Made by a program: the position numbers and the translations under genes. Positions 7,723 through 10,650 of a stretch of 10,650 nucleotides of DNA are shown piece by piece. This DNA is from Pseudomonadota bacterium (GTDB taxonomy: Bacteria; Bdellovibrionota; FAC87; UBA2466), in assembly GCA_043718025.1 (NCBI GenBank), contig JAYSWN010000109.1, positions 1-10,650 of the forward strand, written 5' to 3'. Within the stretch, counting starts at the first letter, position 1; every line of letters begins with the position of its first letter. The notes beneath the pieces were generated by a model that searched no databases, was not told the DNA's origin, and saw only the letters and a program-made list of their open reading frames with translations.

Positions 7723-8574
7723 TTACGTCAGCAATATGTGGCTAATGTCTTCGTGGATAACGCCATTTGAGGCAAGAATCTCAGCGCCTTCCACGTTGGC
7801 CACGCCACCGGCGTAATCACTCACGCGCCCACCCGCTTCGGTGATTAGCAACATTCCCGCGGCAACGTCCCAAGCGGAGAGCCCGCGTTCCCAAAAACCA
7901 TCAAACCGGCCACAGGCAACGTACGCCAAATCTAAAGCCGCCGCTCCCGGTCGACGCACGGCGCGGGCTTTTTCGCTCATTCGGCCAAAACGCTCCACCT
8001 CATCATTGAGTTCCATGCCTTTAAAATAATAGAAACCGGTGCCTAACATTGCGTCTTCAATTTTAGCGGTGGTTGAAACCGAAAGGCGATGCTTGCCAAA
8101 TTTATCCCACAAAAATGCGCCCCGACCCTTCTCAACCCAAAATAGTTCTTCCAAACAGGGGTGATAGATCACCCCGGCAACAAGCTCGTCATTGCGCTGC
8201 ACTCCGATTGAAACGCAGAACCAGGGAAATCCGTGCGCAAAGTTAGATGTGCCGTCCAGCGGATCCATAATCCAACGGTAGGTGCTGCCCTCTTTTTTAT
8301 GGAGGCCACTCTCTTCGGTAATGATTTCGCTGTCGGGGAAATGTTTTTTGATTTGCGCCAGTAAATACTCTTCCGATCGGTGATCCGCCTCGGTAACGAT
8401 GCCGGCTCCGTCTTTTTTCTGAATCTTAATTGGCTTACGAAAATGCTTCAGTAAAATTTTGCCGGCGCCCACGGCAATTTCCCTTAAAAAAGGCACCAGA
8501 TCTTTGTCTGTTTTCTTAAGCTTTTTTTTCTTAGGCGCTTTAGCGGCGGAATGAGCTTTTTTGCGTTTAGCCAT
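7723..8574 (-). CDS. suhB: Inositol monophosphatase family protein (SuhB) with Lys-rich N-terminal extension
   Basis: VTEAD, TEES, WIMDPLDGTSNFAHG, RRPGAAALDLAYVACGRFDGFWE and WDVAAG motifs. Confidence 0.95.
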   Translation of the reverse strand: MAKRKKAHSAAKAPKKKKLKKTDKDLVPFLREIAVGAGKILLKHFRKPIKIQKKDGAGIVTEADHRSEEYLLAQIKKHFPDSEIITEESGLHKKEGSTYRWIMDPLDGTSNFAHGFPWFCVSIGVQRNDELVAGVIYHPCLEELFWVEKGRGAFLWDKFGKHRLSVSTTAKIEDAMLGTGFYYFKGMELNDEVERFGRMSEKARAVRRPGAAALDLAYVACGRFDGFWERGLSAWDVAAGMLLITEAGGRVSDYAGGVANVEGAEILASNGVIHEDISHILLT

Positions 8575-8612
8575 GAGGTCACTTTTAATCTAAGCCAATT
8601 TCTTAAGACAAA

Positions 8613-9185
8613 TTATTGATTTTTTATTTTTTGCTGAGCGGATGAAGAAAGACGCTGAAAGGAACGATTAGCCTGCGTCTCGGCCTCGTTGCGAAGATCT
8701 TCAACCAGGTCACGATTTTTTTGTAGTTGCAGCTCGTAATGCCGGCGTTGCACCCGTTCAAGCTCAGTCTGATAAACCGCATCCTCCACCTTAAGCTCTA
8801 ACTCCCGCATCGATTCTTTAAGGTACTTGGTGAAAGCCGGATCATCAAAGGGGACCGGCCGCAGCGGCTCCTTTTGTTCGCGGTAAAAACACAACGCTTT
8901 CTCCACCAAATGATCAATGGGATTGGCGTCGCGCGCCCGCTCCGAAACCTCATTTAATTTGGCACGCAGCGCTAAGATACGTAAAACCCGCTTCGAAAAA
9001 TTACGATCCGTTTCGGCTCCGCCTAAGGCCACGGCCTCCATAAAACCTATGTACGGCTCGGCGTCGGGCATCAGCTCGGCACAAGTGGTCGGGAGCAGAT
9101 AGGTTGGACGTGATTCAATTTTGGCAAAGCTGCGCCCAGCAAAACAAAGGGCAAACCCTAACTCGATGAGAAGAAAATAGCGCAT
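8613..9185 (-). CDS. Hypothetical secreted alpha-helical/coiled-coil protein (190 aa from the revised start)
   Basis: AGGAG 5 nt before ATG 9185 supports this start over the track's 9233. MRYFLLIELGFALCFAGRSFA resembles a Sec signal peptide. The C-terminal half is rich in E/Q/R/L/K with a heptad-like pattern. No family recognised. Confidence 0.75.
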   Translation of the reverse strand: MRYFLLIELGFALCFAGRSFAKIESRPTYLLPTTCAELMPDAEPYIGFMEAVALGGAETDRNFSKRVLRILALRAKLNEVSERARDANPIDHLVEKALCFYREQKEPLRPVPFDDPAFTKYLKESMRELELKVEDAVYQTELERVQRRHYELQLQKNRDLVEDLRNEAETQANRSFQRLSSSAQQKIKNQ

Positions 9186-9190
9186 CAGTT

Positions 9191-9195
9191 CTCCT
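9191..9195 (-). promoter_or_regulatory. Ribosome-binding site for the ORF starting at 9185
   Basis: The minus strand reads AGGAG-aactg-ATG. Confidence 0.75.
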
Positions 9196-9197
9196 GT

Positions 9198-9206
9198 TGT
9201 TATTAT
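9198..9206 (+). promoter_or_regulatory. Candidate extended -10 promoter element for the plus-strand genes
   Basis: TG-t-TATTAT lies in the 48-bp divergent gap, upstream of GGGGG (9220-9224) and GTG 9234. This is a motif match only. Confidence 0.35.
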
Positions 9207-9233
9207 CTTCGTGAACAGCGGGGGTAATGGCAA

Positions 9234-10484
9234 GTGTCATGGACCGAATTTGATTGCGTAGTAGTTGGCGATGAAGTGGCCGCACTTTGGCTGCTGCGCC
9301 AGTTTTCTGAACTGGCCCGTAACGAGAAGTCGCCAGAAATTCGCCTAGGTTGGGTGCGCCTTCACACTAAAACCCGTCCCCTAGCCATTCCGCACGCTTT
9401 GCGCGAAAAGCTGGGGTTAGATCCCAAACCGCCGTTCTCAGCCGAAATTCGCACGCCCAAACGCGATATTGTCTGGAGCCCTGAGCATGTCCGCCAGAAA
9501 TATGGATTCACCCCTCCCCGTTGGGGGCAACTCTCTACTTCTGAAGAGAGCCAGATCCGTTACTGCTTCCAAAAATTTCCCGAGGTCTTTGAGGTGGGCT
9601 CGGTGCTGTGGAGCCGGCTCGGTCGCTCGGGCACCCTGTCGCCCGAAAGATTGGTCGAAGCCGCTTTTCGGTTAACCGAACTCAGTTGGGTTTCATTGGA
9701 TGAGGTGGCGCCACCGCAGACCACCGTTTTTCATTACTTACCTTCCGAATCGCCGCTCAAGAAGATTACGAAACTGCGTTCGGGCGAATATTCCTTTGAG
9801 TTTGCCGCTGGTCAGCCGCTGGTCAGCCGCACCTGGATCTTGGCGCCAAGTTATTTGGAAATTCAACAATGGAAAGCCGGCGGCTTTGATCTCAATGAGT
9901 TTTTAGGAATCAATATTTCTACCCCGAGCCACGGCTTTTTTGGCTTTGGAATGACCTTAGAAAAAGACGCCCTTAGCGAACGTCAAAAAGACATGTGCCT
10001 ATGGGCCGATGCGGATGAAATTCCCGACAGCGAAACCGAAGTGTGGTCATTCGACATCTCGCACGACGAAAAAACCGACGAAATCTCCGTATACGCCGAA
10101 GCCCCGCTGCTTTTTCCCTTCGATCTCGACATGGCGCTTACCCAAATGCGTGAGTCGGTGAAACGCTTTACCCGCTTAGTGCCCTGGCTACCTGAGAAAG
10201 TGCGATCGTTTGAATTTCCGATGTCGCTTGACTCTTGTTCTCGTGATGAGAGCCGCGCCGAGCTTGAACCTCGCTTATGGCATAACGTGACCGCGCGTTA
10301 CCAAATGGCAACCCTGGAAACCCGCACTCGTCACAACGGGCTTTACCTCTTGCCCACCTCGTTTCATGCCGAGCTGCCCTACCCCATGGGCACTTTGCGC
10401 GGAGCGCAAGAGATTCTCATCGACCGCTTTGGCCGCCGCGGGGTCAAAAAGGTTGCCGTTGCGACGCCTCCGGCAATCGTTTAA
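9234..10484 (+). CDS. Hypothetical protein with a degenerate FAD-dependent oxidoreductase (phytoene desaturase/CrtI-like) architecture
   Basis: 416-aa ORF with GGGGG 9 nt before the GTG. It shows an N-terminal Rossmann-like FDCVVVG, a mid-protein SPLKKI...FAAGQPLVSRTWILA beta-meander and a C-terminal TRHNGLYLL...GTLRGAQEI. The CDS is well supported; the fold call is inference. Confidence 0.7.
   Translation: MSWTEFDCVVVGDEVAALWLLRQFSELARNEKSPEIRLGWVRLHTKTRPLAIPHALREKLGLDPKPPFSAEIRTPKRDIVWSPEHVRQKYGFTPPRWGQLSTSEESQIRYCFQKFPEVFEVGSVLWSRLGRSGTLSPERLVEAAFRLTELSWVSLDEVAPPQTTVFHYLPSESPLKKITKLRSGEYSFEFAAGQPLVSRTWILAPSYLEIQQWKAGGFDLNEFLGINISTPSHGFFGFGMTLEKDALSERQKDMCLWADADEIPDSETEVWSFDISHDEKTDEISVYAEAPLLFPFDLDMALTQMRESVKRFTRLVPWLPEKVRSFEFPMSLDSCSRDESRAELEPRLWHNVTARYQMATLETRTRHNGLYLLPTSFHAELPYPMGTLRGAQEILIDRFGRRGVKKVAVATPPAIV
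9804..9830. repeat. Perfect 11-bp tandem repeat (GCCGCTGGTCA x2 + GCCGC) inside the 416-aa CDS
   Basis: Read directly: 9804-9814, 9815-9825 and partial 9826-9830. Confidence 0.95.
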
Positions 10485-10535
10485 GTTAAAGCCTTATTAT
10501 TTTGAATAGTTAAGCGCCTCTAAGGGAAGTTTCAT

Positions 10536-10650
10536 TTGCCTTTTTTAGAATTAAAACAAGAGCTTGCGTCGAGCCTCGCTAAAGTCATTGCGCATCCTGA
10601 GTGGGACACTCCGGCAGTTTTTAAAAGCCTTGAGGTGCCGCCCAATCCGG
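10536..10650 (+). CDS. argS: Arginine--tRNA ligase, 5' end only (runs off the window end)
   Basis: Not in the ORF track. TTG at 10536 follows AAGGGAAG (10522-10529). The translation MPFLELKQELASSLAKVIAHPEWDTPAVFKSLEVPPNP ends in LEVPPNP, which typically precedes GDxA in the ArgRS N-terminal domain. Only 38 codons are visible. Confidence 0.75.
   Translation, partial: MPFLELKQELASSLAKVIAHPEWDTPAVFKSLEVPPNP

Noticed and set aside
7684..7725. suhB and the GYF_2-like ORF share a frame (possible read-through fusion), and AGGAG precedes TTG-GGC-TAA
   Set aside because: Tandem stops TAA-TGA argue against read-through. A two-codon mini-ORF cannot be supported from sequence alone.
9186..9233. ORF-track start at 9233 for the minus-strand hypothetical protein
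   Set aside because: It would abut the divergent gene with no space. ATG 9185 has a strong SD and exposes a signal peptide.
9227..9253. Short out-of-frame ORF MASVMDRI overlapping the GTG at 9234
   Set aside because: The G-run is only 2 nt from this ATG but 9 nt from the GTG, so it is likely chance.
1..10650. CRISPR array, IS/transposase, integrase, prophage, tRNA or rRNA
   Set aside because: There are no regularly spaced repeats, terminal inverted repeats or matching ORFs. All intergenic gaps are under 150 bp with no cloverleaf.

Overview
This is a bacterial housekeeping window, mostly on the minus strand, at roughly 50% GC by eye. In transcription order the minus strand carries a secreted coiled-coil hypothetical protein, suhB (with a Lys-rich N-terminal tail), a GYF_2/DUF4339-like single-pass membrane protein with a long disordered tail, tilS, ftsH, an intrinsic terminator, cdaA, cdaR, glmM and nnr (YjeF, cut by the left edge). 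The plus strand diverges from this with a 416-aa protein that looks like a degenerate FAD-oxidoreductase (CrtI-like) fold, followed by the 5' end of argS (cut by the right edge). Gene order and protein style suggest a deltaproteobacteria-like organism, possibly Bdellovibrionota (inference). I found no mobile element, CRISPR array or RNA gene, and I cannot support a complete novel system. The best leads are the three uncharacterised proteins, an out-of-frame 11-bp tandem repeat, the basic SuhB tail, the absence of folP/pdxJ/acpS from their usual positions, and two candidate cis-regulatory elements. All family calls come from motif recognition by eye; no searches were run.
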